A stretch of 64,000 bases of DNA, taken from contig FXLX01000004.1 in NCBI GenBank assembly GCA_900180385.1, forward strand, positions 2,166 to 66,165. The letters are read 5' to 3'. Source of the DNA: an uncultured Candidatus Thioglobus sp. (GTDB lineage Bacteria > Pseudomonadota > Gammaproteobacteria > PS1 > Pseudothioglobaceae). The position numbers were made by a program, and so were the translations under genes. The stretch's first letter is position 1; every line of letters begins with the position of its first letter. Under the pieces are notes generated by a model. The model saw only the letters and a list, made by a program, of their open reading frames with translations. It was not told the DNA's origin and did not search any database. Shown piece after piece: positions 36,000 through 47,501 of this stretch.

Positions 36000-37086
36000 T
36001 CAAAGAGTTCAAGTATGACTGATCAGAGATCTGAGTCCAAGCGCGAATATCTTTAAGATAGTTGTGTCTTGATTCAATAATCTCTTTTGACAAAGGATCT
36101 TTAGCCGCTAATTCAGCCAATAACTTCTTGTTGGCCGCTTTAAGTGCGTCAAATACTGGCTTAGGGAATGTCTTAACTTCAATGTTAGGAAAATCCTTTT
36201 TCATGGTTGCCCAGTTCTTTGCACTTTCATCATTAGAGTGTACAAACATATCGTACGCTGCATACTTCATTGAAGTAATTAGAATAGTTTGCAAGTCTTT
36301 TGGTAAAGAGTCATAAGTCTTAAGGTTAATTAAGAATTGTAATTCTGAACCAGGCTCATGCCAACCCGTGTAGTAATACGGTGCAATTTTATGAAAACCC
36401 ATGCGTAAATCAAGTGAAGGACCTACCCATTCTAGTGCGTCAATCGTACCGCGATCAAGAGCGGTGTAAAGCTCACCTGCAGGGATATTAGTTGGTTTAG
36501 CGCCAACTTCTGCCATAATCTCACCAGCAAAACCTGGGATGCGAATCTTCAAACCTTGAAGATCTTCAACAGAGTTGATTTCTTTTTGGAACCACCCACC
36601 CATTTGGTTACCCGTGTTACCACCAATGATAGACTTCATGCCGTGCTTAGCATAAACCTTGTCCATTAATTCTTGACCACCACCATACTCAAACCAAGCG
36701 TGTTGCTCAGCAGCTGTCATGTCAAATGGCATTGAGGTAAAGAACAAAGTATTAATATCTTTACCTTTCCAGTAGTAAGAGCCTGAATGGCCTAAATCAT
36801 ACTGGCCAGACTTTACAAAATCGAAAATACCTAAAGCTGACTTGTGTTTATTTTTAGAGTCAATTTTGATCACCAAACGACCGTCAGACATTTCATTAGC
36901 CAATTGTGCGAATTTTTTAGTTGAATCACCAAAAATTGGAAAATTACTCGGCCAAGTTTCAGCCATTGTTAAAGTGTAAACTTTGTTGTCTTGTGTTGCA
37001 TTTGTAGATTGGCTAGTGTCATCAGTACAGCCTGTTGCTGTAATAATGAGAGCGGCTGCTGCAAATAATTGCATCAGTTTTTTCAT
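35992..37086 (-). CDS. TRAP substrate-binding lipoprotein DctP (TakP-like)
   Basis: Lipobox TATGC, GNTGNQMGGWF, KIRIPG, WHEPG. Confidence 0.92.
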   Translation of the reverse strand: MKKLMQLFAAAALIITATGCTDDTSQSTNATQDNKVYTLTMAETWPSNFPIFGDSTKKFAQLANEMSDGRLVIKIDSKNKHKSALGIFDFVKSGQYDLGHSGSYYWKGKDINTLFFTSMPFDMTAAEQHAWFEYGGGQELMDKVYAKHGMKSIIGGNTGNQMGGWFQKEINSVEDLQGLKIRIPGFAGEIMAEVGAKPTNIPAGELYTALDRGTIDALEWVGPSLDLRMGFHKIAPYYYTGWHEPGSELQFLINLKTYDSLPKDLQTILITSMKYAAYDMFVHSNDESAKNWATMKKDFPNIEVKTFPKPVFDALKAANKKLLAELAAKDPLSKEIIESRHNYLKDIRAWTQISDQSYLNSLSD

Positions 37087-37109
37087 ATTTTCTCCTCTTG
37101 AGATATGTA

Positions 37110-37895
37110 TTATTTAACCTGCGCCAAAATGGCACGGTCGTTGGAATTATAGTCCTTGAAAGTCTGAATATTAGTAAAGTTTTTAGATAATAATTCAACA
37201 ATTCTGGCTTGCTGATCATGTCCATGTTCAAGTAGTAAATACCCATCTTTCAAAAGATATTTAGGCGCTTGATCGATAATAATTCGAATATCGTTAAGAC
37301 CGTCTTTTCCTGCAGTTAGGGCGCTAATTGGTTCATGAGCTAAGTCATCTAGATAAGAATCTTCATCTTCAATATAAGGCGGATTAGAGATGATTAAATT
37401 AAAATGCTTATCGGTGATTGCATCAAACCAACTGCTTTGAAAAAAGTTAATATCAGTTGTTGCATTTATTTTGGCAACCCTGAGTGCTGCTTGAGAAAAG
37501 TCTGTTGCACATAGTGTCCAGCGTGGCTTAATATCAGCCAAAGTGATGGCAATAATTCCGCTACCTGTGCCTAAATCCAATACATGACATTTTTGATTTT
37601 TACTAAATAATTCAAGACTGATATCGATCAATAGTTCAGTTTCTGGTCTAGGGATTAGAGTGTCAGGCGTTACCTTAAAATCCAAATGATAAAAACCTTT
37701 GATACCACTGATATATGAAAATGGCATGCCATCCATGCGCTGTTGAATAAAGCTCTCAACTTTTTGCTTTTCCATAAGGGTTAAACGATAATCACTATGA
37801 GTGATTAATTCGACATTGCTTTTATTTAGCGCCAAAGACAACAGTGGCGCAATATCGACTGCGCCACTGTTGAGATATTCTTGAATGGTTTTCAA
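37110..37895 (-). CDS. prmC: Release factor glutamine methyltransferase
   Basis: LIPRPETE, LDLGTGSG, SNPPY, EHGHDQ. Confidence 0.95.
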   Translation of the reverse strand: MKTIQEYLNSGAVDIAPLLSLALNKSNVELITHSDYRLTLMEKQKVESFIQQRMDGMPFSYISGIKGFYHLDFKVTPDTLIPRPETELLIDISLELFSKNQKCHVLDLGTGSGIIAITLADIKPRWTLCATDFSQAALRVAKINATTDINFFQSSWFDAITDKHFNLIISNPPYIEDEDSYLDDLAHEPISALTAGKDGLNDIRIIIDQAPKYLLKDGYLLLEHGHDQQARIVELLSKNFTNIQTFKDYNSNDRAILAQVK

Positions 37896-37898
37896 AAC

Positions 37899-38525
37899 TT
37901 ATAAATTAACCGTTGTTAATCCTAAAGATTTCCAAGCATTCATGCCGCCACGGTAATATTTAATCTTAGATGCTGGGTAACCATATTTAAGCAGCGCTTT
38001 GGCTGCAGCAGGGGTTTGTCCACACCAGATGCCATTGCAATACATGATTAGCGTTTTTGCATAAGAAAAATCATACACGTCGTCTACTTGAACACCAAGC
38101 TGATCTTCCATAATTTCTATGGCTTTTTCTTTATTTTTAAATTTAGTGTAAGGAATATTAATGGCTGTTGGGATGGCACCGGTAAACACTAACCAATTAG
38201 GCGTGCGAGTATCAATGATTAGAATTGATTCATCACCAGCTGAGCGTTGTTTAACGTATTTAATCACATCAAGTTCACCAATGGTTTCAACCAAATGCGG
38301 TGTAAATGGATGCATGGATTGTATTTTTCCACGGGTTGTTTTTAGATAAAAATCAGAAATTTCATTATCTCGGTCTTGATTACGCTGTAGTTTAATTACT
38401 TTATTTTGATGATTTATGTCAACAGAAACTACACCGGGAGATATAAATACTTCTTTAGTAACTTCACCTTCAGAATACGCGTTAAGTGCCAGCGCACTTA
38501 TAAATGAAACCAATAGTTTTTTCAT
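37899..38525 (-). CDS. Periplasmic rhodanese-domain sulfurtransferase
   Basis: Signal peptide, IDTRTPNW, YCNGIWCGQT active loop, YYRGGMNAW. Confidence 0.85.
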   Translation of the reverse strand: MKKLLVSFISALALNAYSEGEVTKEVFISPGVVSVDINHQNKVIKLQRNQDRDNEISDFYLKTTRGKIQSMHPFTPHLVETIGELDVIKYVKQRSAGDESILIIDTRTPNWLVFTGAIPTAINIPYTKFKNKEKAIEIMEDQLGVQVDDVYDFSYAKTLIMYCNGIWCGQTPAAAKALLKYGYPASKIKYYRGGMNAWKSLGLTTVNL

Positions 38526-38541
38526 TTTTATCTCCTTTTTT

Positions 38542-39177
38542 TTAAACTTTTTTCAAATCAAAATAATTTTTTAGTGCAACAATTAACCCGAGTCCGATAA
38601 AGGCGCCAGGCGGTAAGATGGCTAGTAACGTGCCTTGATAATCTTCAAATACGGTAATACTGAGTGTATCGCCAAAACTGCCCAATAGCAAAGAGGATTG
38701 ATCAAATAAAGTGCCAGATCCAATTAGCTCACGCATCGCACCCAGTACGATCAGAATAACGGAAAATCCAATACCCATCATTAATCCGTCGAGTGCTGAT
38801 TTTCCCCAGGTATTCTTACTAGCATAGGCTTCGGCACGTGCAAGAATGGCGCAGTTGGTTACAATCAGCGGTACAAAAATTCCCAAAATTAAATACAAAT
38901 CATAGAAGTACGATTGCATTAATAATTCTACAATAGTCACAAATGAGGCAATTAACAATACAAAAATAGGAATACGCACTTCTTTACGAATCTGATTGCG
39001 AAAAATAGAGACAGTTACATTCGAAGCTACTAGTACAAAGGTTGTGGCAAGTCCCAAGCCAATCGCATTAACAATGTTATTAGTTACAGCCAGTAAAGGG
39101 CATAAACCCAACAATGCAACGAGTGCTTGGTTATTGGTCCAAAGGCCGTTTTTAATGATTTTGATGTAATCTTCCAT
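38542..39177 (-). CDS. rnfE: Rnf/Rsx complex subunit E
   Basis: [31 protein letters not shown]. Confidence 0.92.
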   Translation of the reverse strand: MEDYIKIIKNGLWTNNQALVALLGLCPLLAVTNNIVNAIGLGLATTFVLVASNVTVSIFRNQIRKEVRIPIFVLLIASFVTIVELLMQSYFYDLYLILGIFVPLIVTNCAILARAEAYASKNTWGKSALDGLMMGIGFSVILIVLGAMRELIGSGTLFDQSSLLLGSFGDTLSITVFEDYQGTLLAILPPGAFIGLGLIVALKNYFDLKKV

Positions 39178-39318
39178 TGCAATTGATTATATCAACAACA
39201 TCAAGTGCATAGAGGTTTTAAAAGTGGTCAATTGTTAAAATTTGCGAAATTTTTAACAATACGCTGAGCTGTGTCTGGTGAGTTCGATTTTTAGCCTAAT
39301 GATAAGTGTTTATCCATT

Positions 39319-39343
39319 AAAAAACCCCGTTAAACGGGGTTTT
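39319..39343. terminator. Bidirectional intrinsic terminator downstream of clpB
   Basis: AAAAAACCCCGT-TAA-ACGGGGTTTT. Confidence 0.8.
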
Positions 39344-39408
39344 AAGGGGTTGTATGTTCAAAACCACTGTCAAATTAACGCATTCGCATTATTTCCGATA
39401 TTTTTTAT

Positions 39409-41967
39409 TTAAGAAAATACAATTTCATCGTTAGCGATAGCCCCTTTGATAGTGGCACCAGGTAAAAACTCGCCTGCCAAAATCTTCTGAGACAGTGGAT
39501 TTTCCAACAATTGCTGAATAGTGCGTTTAAGTGGTCTTGCGCCAAACACTGGGTCATAACCTCGATCAACAATCACGTTCATAGCTTCATCATTTAAATC
39601 TAGCTTGAGATCAAGATCAGCCAATCTAGATTTTAAAATTTCAATTTGTATTTTAGCAATACTAGCGATTTGATCTTTGCCAAGGCTATTGAAAGTCACG
39701 ATTTCATCGATACGATTTACAAATTCTGGTCGGAAGTGCTCGCCAACTAATTTAATCAATTCAGTTGTCATATCTTTACCAGGATTCTCCTGAATAAGAT
39801 GCGATCCGAGGTTTGAGGTCATGATAATCACGGTATTCTTAAAATCAACCGTGCGACCTTGGCCATCGGTGAGGCGACCATCATCAAGCACTTGCAGGAG
39901 AATATTAAAGACATCTGGATGTGCCTTTTCAACTTCATCTAGCAAAATAATTGAATACGGCTTGCGTCGCACTGCTTCGGTTAATACGCCGCCTTGCTCG
40001 TAACCCACGTAGCCTGGAGGTGCACCGATTAATCTTGATACTGAGTGTTTTTCCATAAATTCACTCATATCAACACGCACAATGGCTTGTTCAGTGTCAA
40101 ACAAAAAGTCAGCCAATGCTTTGGTTAGCTCGGTTTTACCCACGCCCGTAGGACCCATGAATAAAAACGAGCCATCGGGGCGATTGGGATCAGACAAGCC
40201 TGCACGCGAACGACGCACTGCATCAGCAATAACTTTGACAGCTTTATCTTGTCCAACTAAACGCTTCTGAATAATAGATTCCATTTTCAGGAGCTTGTCT
40301 TTCTCGCCCTCCATCATTTTGTCTACTGGGATTCCAGTCCAGCGTGCAACGATTTCAGCAATTTCATCTTCGGTTACTTTATTACGTAATAGGGTCATTT
40401 CCTCGTTGTCAGCAGATTCTGCTTGGGTGATTTTTGCCTCAAGTTCAGGTATTTTTCCGTATTGAAGTTCACTCATTTTTGCCAAATCATTGTTGCGTGA
40501 AGCGGCTTCAAGTGCAGCTTTAACTTGCTCTAGTTCTTCTTTTAAGTGTTGAGCACCTTGAACTTGAGATTTTTCTTTTTTCCAAATCTCTTCAAGATCG
40601 GCGTATTCTTTTTCAAGTTCTTTGATTACCGATACCAGCTCTTTAAAACGCTCTTTAGAGGCTTTGTCTTTTTCTTTTTTAAGTGCCATGCGTTCAATTT
40701 TAAGCTGTACCAGTTTACGATCAAGTTTGTCCATTGATTCAGGTTTTGAATCAATTTCCATACGAATTTGTGAAGCTGCTTCATCAATTAGATCAATGGC
40801 TTTATCGGGTAATTGTCTATCAGTAATATAACGAGTAGAGTAATTAACGGCGGCAATAATAGCTGGATCGGTAATCTCAACACCATGATGCACTTCGTAT
40901 TTTTCTTTAAGTCCACGCAAAATGGCTACCGTATCTTCTTGTGTCGGCTCATCGACCAACACCTTTTGGAATCGACGCTCAAGTGCTGAATCTTTTTCAA
41001 TATATTGGCGGTATTCGTCTAACGTCGTAGCACCCATACAGTGTAAGTCACCTCGTGCAAGTGCTGGTTTAAGCATGTTTCCTGCATCCATTGCACCATC
41101 ACCGCCACCAGCGCCAACCATGGTGTGAATTTCATCAATAAATAGAATGACTTGCCCTTGTTCGGCTTCAAGCTCTTTTAATACAGCTTTAAGGCGCTCT
41201 TCAAATTCACCCTTGTATTTAGCACCTGCTACCAATGAAGCCATATCTAGTGACAATACGCGCTTACTTTTAATACCTTCAGGCACTTCATTATTAATAA
41301 TGCGCTGAGCTAAGCCTTCGGCAATGGCAGTTTTGCCCACACCTGGCTCACCAATTAGCACTGGATTGTTTTTAGTACGACGTTGCAAGACTTGAATGGC
41401 ACGACGAATTTCACCATCACGACCAATAACTGGATCGAGCTTGCCATCAATGGCCATTTGGGTTAAGTCAGTGGTGTATTTATTTAACGCTTCGCGTTGT
41501 GTTTCTGCATTTTGTTCGTTCACGTTTTGTCCTCCTCTAAGGGTGTCAATAGCTTTTACTAGTGTCTGCTTATTTGCACCTAAATTTTTTAATAATTTTG
41601 TGGTTGTGTCATTACCCTCAATAATTGCCAATAAAAACAGCTCAGTAGATAGGTAGCTATCCCCTTTATCGGCTGCTATTTTTTCAGCCGAGGTTAATAG
41701 GCGTAATAAGCTTTGAGAAATACCAATATCACTATTGGGATTATTCACAACTGCTAGGTTTTGTATCTCTAAATCAACTTGAGTCTTTAGCGTAGCTGTT
41801 TCCACCTTAATAGCTGTTAAGGCATTACTGACACTAGAGCCGTTATCATTAAGCATGGCACTTAGAACATGAAGCCCTTCAATTGCACTATTGTTATGGC
41901 TAATTGCGATTGACTGTGCTGAGCTTAAGTCTTGTTGAAATTGAGAGGTTAATTTTTCAATATTCAT
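39409..41967 (-). CDS. clpB: Disaggregase ClpB
   Basis: Two AAA+ modules ([16 protein letters not shown]) with coiled-coil middle domain. Confidence 0.98.
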   Translation of the reverse strand: MNIEKLTSQFQQDLSSAQSIAISHNNSAIEGLHVLSAMLNDNGSSVSNALTAIKVETATLKTQVDLEIQNLAVVNNPNSDIGISQSLLRLLTSAEKIAADKGDSYLSTELFLLAIIEGNDTTTKLLKNLGANKQTLVKAIDTLRGGQNVNEQNAETQREALNKYTTDLTQMAIDGKLDPVIGRDGEIRRAIQVLQRRTKNNPVLIGEPGVGKTAIAEGLAQRIINNEVPEGIKSKRVLSLDMASLVAGAKYKGEFEERLKAVLKELEAEQGQVILFIDEIHTMVGAGGGDGAMDAGNMLKPALARGDLHCMGATTLDEYRQYIEKDSALERRFQKVLVDEPTQEDTVAILRGLKEKYEVHHGVEITDPAIIAAVNYSTRYITDRQLPDKAIDLIDEAASQIRMEIDSKPESMDKLDRKLVQLKIERMALKKEKDKASKERFKELVSVIKELEKEYADLEEIWKKEKSQVQGAQHLKEELEQVKAALEAASRNNDLAKMSELQYGKIPELEAKITQAESADNEEMTLLRNKVTEDEIAEIVARWTGIPVDKMMEGEKDKLLKMESIIQKRLVGQDKAVKVIADAVRRSRAGLSDPNRPDGSFLFMGPTGVGKTELTKALADFLFDTEQAIVRVDMSEFMEKHSVSRLIGAPPGYVGYEQGGVLTEAVRRKPYSIILLDEVEKAHPDVFNILLQVLDDGRLTDGQGRTVDFKNTVIIMTSNLGSHLIQENPGKDMTTELIKLVGEHFRPEFVNRIDEIVTFNSLGKDQIASIAKIQIEILKSRLADLDLKLDLNDEAMNVIVDRGYDPVFGARPLKRTIQQLLENPLSQKILAGEFLPGATIKGAIANDEIVFS

Positions 41968-42003
41968 CGATTTGTTTGTTGTTTTGTTTAAGTTACACCC
42001 TAT

Positions 42004-42031
42004 CTATGGGATGATTAACGATTATTCAAGG
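42004..42031 (-). promoter_or_regulatory. Putative sigma32 (RpoH) promoter of clpB
   Basis: Minus strand CTTGAA-N14-CCCATA, ~37 nt upstream of the clpB ATG; matches the sigma32 consensus. Confidence 0.65.
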
Positions 42032-42047
42032 TCCAAAATAAAATATT

Positions 42048-42509
42048 ATGTTAAATTTAGTTTTGTTCGAACCCGAAATTCCTAATAACACTGGTAGTCT
42101 TATTCGCTTGAGTGCCAATATGGGTGCGAGTTTGCACCTGATTAAACCCTTTGGTTTTGAGATTACGGACAAGCGCCTAAGAAGAGCGGGGCTTGATTAT
42201 AAAGAATTGGCAAAAGTGACTGAGTATGAGAATTTTGAAGATTATTTAGCAAAGGCAAACCCAGAGCGTTTGTTTGCAGTGAGTTCAAAAGTAGCTAAAA
42301 ATTATTCTAAAGTTAAATATCAGATGGGTGATTCATTTTTATTTGGCCCTGAAACCAGAGGACTACCACAAGAAATATTAGATAAATATCCAGGTATAAC
42401 ACTACCCATGCAAGCAGGCTCGCGCAGTTTAAATTTGTCAAATTGCGTCTCAATTGTGGCTTATGAAGCGTGGCGACAAATTGGTTTTAGAGGTGCTGTT
42501 AATGCTTAA
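42048..42509 (+). CDS. trmL: tRNA (cytidine(34)-2'-O)-methyltransferase
   Basis: [30 protein letters not shown]. Confidence 0.95.
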   Translation: MLNLVLFEPEIPNNTGSLIRLSANMGASLHLIKPFGFEITDKRLRRAGLDYKELAKVTEYENFEDYLAKANPERLFAVSSKVAKNYSKVKYQMGDSFLFGPETRGLPQEILDKYPGITLPMQAGSRSLNLSNCVSIVAYEAWRQIGFRGAVNA

Positions 42510-43493
42510 ATTTATAATTTTAATGCTATTTTCATCAATGGCTAATGCCAATAGTTGTGTGGTGTTGTTGTACCATAATTTTTCAAATTCCACGCCAAAA
42601 TCAACCAGTATTAGTCCCAAATTATTTGAACAACATTTGCAATATCTACAAAAAATAAGTTCCATGTGTTGTCTTTAAAAACTATGTTGAGTCAATTAAA
42701 ACAGCAATCTTTGCCTGATAAATGTGTGGTTTTAACAGCGGATGATGCCTATCAATCAATCGCACAAAATGCCTATCCACTTTTAAAAAAATATCAAATG
42801 TCGATGAGTGTTTTTGTGTCTAGCGACTCGGTTGATGGTAAATATAAGGCAATGATGAATTGGCAACAAATGCGCGATATTCAGGGGGATATTATGCAAT
42901 TTTATAATCACAGTGTTGGGCATACTCATTTTGTAAATTTAGACAAAACCAATATTGACCAACAAATTCAACAGGCGCAAAAAAGACTTAAAAATGAGCT
43001 TAATGTTGATGCTAAAATTTTAGCTTATCCTTATGGAAAGGCAAATTTAGCAACCTTTAAACAAGTTAAAGAATTGGGTTATGTGGCTTTTGGGTAACAA
43101 TCTGGCGTGGTTTCAAATGCCAGTAATTTACAAAAATTGCCACGCTTTCCTATGGCGACAAATTATGCTAAGATGTCAAGTTTTAAAATTAAAGTCAACA
43201 GTTTGGCGATGCCGATTAAAGAAAATAATGTCAATCTAGTATTTGTTCAAAATCCACCCACATTAACGTTAGATTTTAAAAAACCACTGAATAAACATCA
43301 AAAAGCCAATCTACAGTGTTTTGCTAGTGGCGGGGTGAATATGGTTTGGAAAAGTAGGCGAAAAGTTGAGATAACTGCCAAGAAAAAACTAACCAAACGC
43401 CGTAGTAAATATAATTGCACCATGCCCAGTGGGAAAAAAGGAAGGTTTTATTGGTATAGTATTCAGTGGGTTGATCTTAAAAAACCTGAGTAA
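42502..43493 (+). pseudogene. Polysaccharide deacetylase family protein, disrupted
   Basis: Signal peptide, LLYH, LTADDAY, HSVGH and AYPYG motifs split by a -1 frameshift in A6 (42650-55) and an in-frame TAA (43095-97). Confidence 0.85.
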
Positions 43494-44406
43494 GTTGATA
43501 AGCATTATTAAAATCTTTAATGCTAAGTGGTTTTTTACCAGCTAGTTGAACAGTCTTTAAACTTAAAGCACCATCAGTGGTTGCCACAACGCATAAACCT
43601 TTACTGTATTCAATCACTTCTCCTGGCTTTGCGCCATAGGCAAGGTCTATGACGGAAGCAGATAAAATACGCAATACTTTGTTGTCAAATTTATTGCTAA
43701 CAGCGTTTGCTTGGGCGATCGGGTAGGGGTTGAACGCCCTAATCTGTTGATTGATTTCTACCGCTGATTGCGACCAATCTATCCAAGCCTCTTCTTTACT
43801 GAGTTTTTTGGCGTAAGTAATGCCCGCTTCATCTTGAATAGTTGGGGTTAATTGATCAATATTGTCAAGCGCTTCAACAATGCCTTGCGCACCCAAAATA
43901 GCCAATTTATCATGTAAGGTTTGCGCGCTATCAGTGTCAGTAATGCCACAGATTTTTTCTAATAGAATGTCGCCAGTATCTAGTCCTTTGTTCATTTGCA
44001 TAATACCGATACCTGTTTGTTTGTCACCGGAAATAATAGCTCTCTGAATAGGGGCGGCACCGCGCCAACGTGGTAGTAATGAAGCGTGGATATTAAGACA
44101 ACCGTATTTGGGTGTTTGTAACACTTCAACGGGCAGAATTTGGCCATAAGCCACCACCACCATGACTTCAGCATCAAGGCTGGCTAACTGTTTTTGAGTG
44201 TCAGTATCTCGCAGACTTTCAGGTTGAAAAACCTGCAGGCTAAGCTCTAATGCTTTTTCTTTAACAGGGCAGGCTGTTAATACTCGACCACGACCTTTGG
44301 GACGGTCTGGCTGCGTATAGACGCCAACAATATCATGCCCAGCTTGATGTAGCGCCTCAAGCACGCCAACTGAAAAATCAGGCGTTCCTGCAAAAATAAG
44401 CTTCAT
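43477..44406 (-). CDS. fmt: Methionyl-tRNA formyltransferase
   Basis: FAGTPDF, NIHASLLPRWRGAAPIQR. Confidence 0.97.
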   Translation of the reverse strand: MKLIFAGTPDFSVGVLEALHQAGHDIVGVYTQPDRPKGRGRVLTACPVKEKALELSLQVFQPESLRDTDTQKQLASLDAEVMVVVAYGQILPVEVLQTPKYGCLNIHASLLPRWRGAAPIQRAIISGDKQTGIGIMQMNKGLDTGDILLEKICGITDTDSAQTLHDKLAILGAQGIVEALDNIDQLTPTIQDEAGITYAKKLSKEEAWIDWSQSAVEINQQIRAFNPYPIAQANAVSNKFDNKVLRILSASVIDLAYGAKPGEVIEYSKGLCVVATTDGALSLKTVQLAGKKPLSIKDFNNAYQLTQVF

Positions 44407-45791
44407 TATTTCAGTTTATTTCTAGCAGTTTGAATGGCTTGTTTAACTTGATTAGGTGATGTTGCGCCTAAATGATCTCGTGCAGCGAGCGAACCTTCTA
44501 AAGAAAGTACCTTGAATACATCGTTTTCAATGCGATCATCAAAGGCTTGAAGCTCTTCTAAGCTTAGCTCTGATAAATCTTTTTGATGCTCAATGCCGTA
44601 AGATACTGACTTACCCACCACTTCGTGCGCATCTCTAAAGGCCAAGCCCTTGTTAACCAAATAGTCAGCTAAATCTGTAGCCGTGGTATAGCCTTTTTTG
44701 GTTGAGTTGTACATGGTGTCACGCTGCGTTTCAATGGTTGGCACCATGTCAGCAAACACGCGCAAACAGGCTTTAAGTGTATCAACCGTATCAAATAACG
44801 GCTCTTTGTCTTCTTGATTGTCTTTATTGTAAGCCAAAGGTTGTGATTTCATAATGGTCAGCATAGAGGTTAGGTTGCCGTACACGCGACCAGTTTTGCC
44901 ACGTACCAACTCCGGCACATCTGGGTTTTTCTTTTGTGGCATGATTGATGAGCCAGTGCAAAAACTATCCGGCAATTCGATGAAGTGGAACTGTGCACTT
45001 GACCACAAGATTAGCTCTTCTGAAAAGCGTGATAGATGCATCATAATAACGCTTGCAGCTGATAAAAATTCAATGGCAAAATCTCGATCACTAACGCCAT
45101 CTAAAGAGTTTAAGCAAATGCGATCAAAACCTAATAGTTCTGCAGTGCGCTCACGGTTAATTGGGTAAGTAGTGCCTGCTAAAGCAGCAGAGCCCAATGG
45201 CATAGAATTCATACGCTTGCGACAATCAACCAGGCGCTCAGCGTCGCGCGTTAGCATTTCAAAATAGGCCATCATGTGATGACCAAAGCTAACAGGTTGT
45301 GCCGCTTGCAAGTGGGTAAAGCCAGGCATGATAGTGCTCGTTTCCTTTTCAGCCAAGTCAAGCAAGGCCAATTGTAAACGGTTAATTTCAGCAAGAATAT
45401 CACCAACTTGATCACGTAAATATAGGCGAATATCTGTTGCCACTTGATCATTACGAGAGCGCCCTGTATGCAATTTTTTGCCTGCATTGCCAATCAGCCT
45501 GGTTAGGCGTGATTCGATGTTCATATGTACATCTTCTAACGTAACAGACCATTCAAATTCTCCAGCATCGATCTCTACTAAAATTTGGTCTAACCCCGTT
45601 AGGATTTGATCTTTCTCATCTTCGGTTAATAAGCCCACTTCTTGCAGCATAATCGCATGCGCTCGAGAGCCGGCAATATCATAAGGCGCTAGAATTTTGT
45701 CAAAAAAGACAGAAGCACCAAAGATTTTGACGAATTCGTCAGTGGGTTGGTTAAAACGTCCACCCCAAGATTGGTTAGTTTGTTCACTCAT
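44406..45791 (-). CDS. argH: Argininosuccinate lyase
   Basis: [26 protein letters not shown]. Confidence 0.98.
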   Translation of the reverse strand: MSEQTNQSWGGRFNQPTDEFVKIFGASVFFDKILAPYDIAGSRAHAIMLQEVGLLTEDEKDQILTGLDQILVEIDAGEFEWSVTLEDVHMNIESRLTRLIGNAGKKLHTGRSRNDQVATDIRLYLRDQVGDILAEINRLQLALLDLAEKETSTIMPGFTHLQAAQPVSFGHHMMAYFEMLTRDAERLVDCRKRMNSMPLGSAALAGTTYPINRERTAELLGFDRICLNSLDGVSDRDFAIEFLSAASVIMMHLSRFSEELILWSSAQFHFIELPDSFCTGSSIMPQKKNPDVPELVRGKTGRVYGNLTSMLTIMKSQPLAYNKDNQEDKEPLFDTVDTLKACLRVFADMVPTIETQRDTMYNSTKKGYTTATDLADYLVNKGLAFRDAHEVVGKSVSYGIEHQKDLSELSLEELQAFDDRIENDVFKVLSLEGSLAARDHLGATSPNQVKQAIQTARNKLK

Positions 45792-46267
45792 AATTTTGCC
45801 TTCATTTTATTAATTAGTTTGTCAGTCGCGGAATCGATTAATTCGTCTAAATCCGTCCAGTAATAGTCTTCGTTGGTAACGCCAATCATTTTTTCCAGTG
45901 TAATGCCATATTGATCAACCAGTAATACGGTTGGAAAAAAACTAATGACGTTATTCAAAGAAAACTCATTGTGAGATACTTCTTCGTTGTAAAAATTGTT
46001 CAGCTCATTAAAGCTATTGGCGTTAATATGGCGAATGATAATTTTTTTCTGGTATTCATCCATGTCGGCCATTGGGCCAATAACATCTTCTTTAACTTTT
46101 TTGCAATATCCACAATTAGGAATGGAAAACATTATTAAAATAGGAGTTTGATTTTTCCAGACTTTTTGTGAATCGGTAAAGAAGTTTTTTGCAGGCGGCA
46201 GAGTTAATTCTTGCGCTAAAGCAAAATTTGACAAAAAGACGCTGATTAATAGATAAAATCTAAACAT
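45788..46267 (-). CDS. Periplasmic thioredoxin-fold protein (SoxW-like)
   Basis: Signal peptide, CGYC, FPT cis-Pro motif; likely ATG at 46267. Confidence 0.75.
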   Translation of the reverse strand: MFRFYLLISVFLSNFALAQELTLPPAKNFFTDSQKVWKNQTPILIMFSIPNCGYCKKVKEDVIGPMADMDEYQKKIIIRHINANSFNELNNFYNEEVSHNEFSLNNVISFFPTVLLVDQYGITLEKMIGVTNEDYYWTDLDELIDSATDKLINKMKAKL

Positions 46268-46298
46268 TAGCACTATTTTAATACAAACTCCTTGAAAC

Positions 46299-47213
46299 AT
46301 GAATAAAACCCTCAAAATTGCAACTCGAAAATCTCCATTGGCACTTTGGCAAGCAGAACACGTTAAAGCTAGGCTGGAAGCGCACCATCCTCAACTTGAG
46401 GTGGCTTTAGTAAAGATGATGACTAAAGGAGATCAAATTTTAAACTCTCCTTTGTCAAAAATTGGTGGAAAAGGCTTGTTTATTAAAGAGTTAGAAATTG
46501 GCATGATGGAGGGTGAGGCGGATATTGCAGTGCATTCTATGAAAGATGTGCCTTATGAGATTCCACCAGGATTTGAGCTTGGCGCAATTTTAAAGCGTGA
46601 AAATCCATTTGATGCTTTTGTTTCTAATAATTTTGACAGTATTAATGATTTGCCACAAGGCGCTAAAGTGGGCACTTGTTCAATGCGACGAATTGTTCAG
46701 CTTAAGGCTAGACGTCCAGATTTAGAGATTTTGGACCTACGTGGTAATGTTAATACCCGACTTAAAAAATTAGATGATGGTGAATATGATGCTATTATTC
46801 TGGCATGTGCAGGGCTTATTCGCCTTAAGTTTGAAGATAGAATTAAGCAAGAAATACCAGCAATTGATTCTTTACCGGCAGTCGGTCAAGGTGCAGTAGG
46901 CATTGAAATTCGTCAGGATGACAAAGAAATTTTAGAATTAATTAAGCCGTTAATTGATGAGCAAACTACTTATAGAGTGAGTGCTGAGCGCGCAATGAAT
47001 GCACGTTTAGAAGGCGGTTGTTCGGTGCCAATTGCAGGTTATGCAACCATTGATAATGAGCAAATTACCTTAACGGGATTAGTGGGTAATGTTGATTTTG
47101 GTGTTATCTTGAAACATCAAGTAATGGGCCCGGTGAATGAGGCTGAATTGTTAGGAGCAACTTTAGCTGACAAGCTCATTGAGATGGGTGCTAAAGACAT
47201 ACTAAACATTTAA
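46299..47213 (+). CDS. hemC: Hydroxymethylbilane synthase
   Basis: [28 protein letters not shown]. Confidence 0.98.
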   Translation: MNKTLKIATRKSPLALWQAEHVKARLEAHHPQLEVALVKMMTKGDQILNSPLSKIGGKGLFIKELEIGMMEGEADIAVHSMKDVPYEIPPGFELGAILKRENPFDAFVSNNFDSINDLPQGAKVGTCSMRRIVQLKARRPDLEILDLRGNVNTRLKKLDDGEYDAIILACAGLIRLKFEDRIKQEIPAIDSLPAVGQGAVGIEIRQDDKEILELIKPLIDEQTTYRVSAERAMNARLEGGCSVPIAGYATIDNEQITLTGLVGNVDFGVILKHQVMGPVNEAELLGATLADKLIEMGAKDILNI

Positions 47214-47215
47214 TA

Positions 47216-47491
47216 ATGATTCATTCAGAGATCTTAAAGCAATTACCAGATTGGTCAATTGTTAATCAAAAACTTCATAGAAGATTTGAATGTCAAGATT
47301 TTGTTCAAGCTTTTGAGTTTATGAGTCAAGTGGCTATAGTTGCGGAAAAAATGAACCATCATCCTGAATGGTCAAATGTTTATAAGCTTGTTGATGTTGA
47401 TTTAACAACCCATTCCCAGGGTTGTATTAGCGAGTTAGATCTTGAGCTTGCTGAGAAAATGAATGTAATTTTTAAGAAAATATCCAAATAA
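47216..47491 (+). CDS. phhB: Pterin-4-alpha-carbinolamine dehydratase
   Basis: AEKMNHHPEWSNVY, LTTHSQG. Confidence 0.9.
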   Translation: MIHSEILKQLPDWSIVNQKLHRRFECQDFVQAFEFMSQVAIVAEKMNHHPEWSNVYKLVDVDLTTHSQGCISELDLELAEKMNVIFKKISK

Positions 47492-47501
47492 AGGAAGCCT
47501 T

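Noticed and set aside
39183-39195. FNR-like TTGAT-TAT-ATCAA upstream of rnfE
   Set aside because: Spacer is 3 nt rather than the canonical 4 nt
39200-39320. Possible gene remnant between rnfE and clpB
   Set aside because: Short frames with several stops and no recognisable family
42454-43493. Three separate ORFs in the track
   Set aside because: They are fragments of one deacetylase pseudogene
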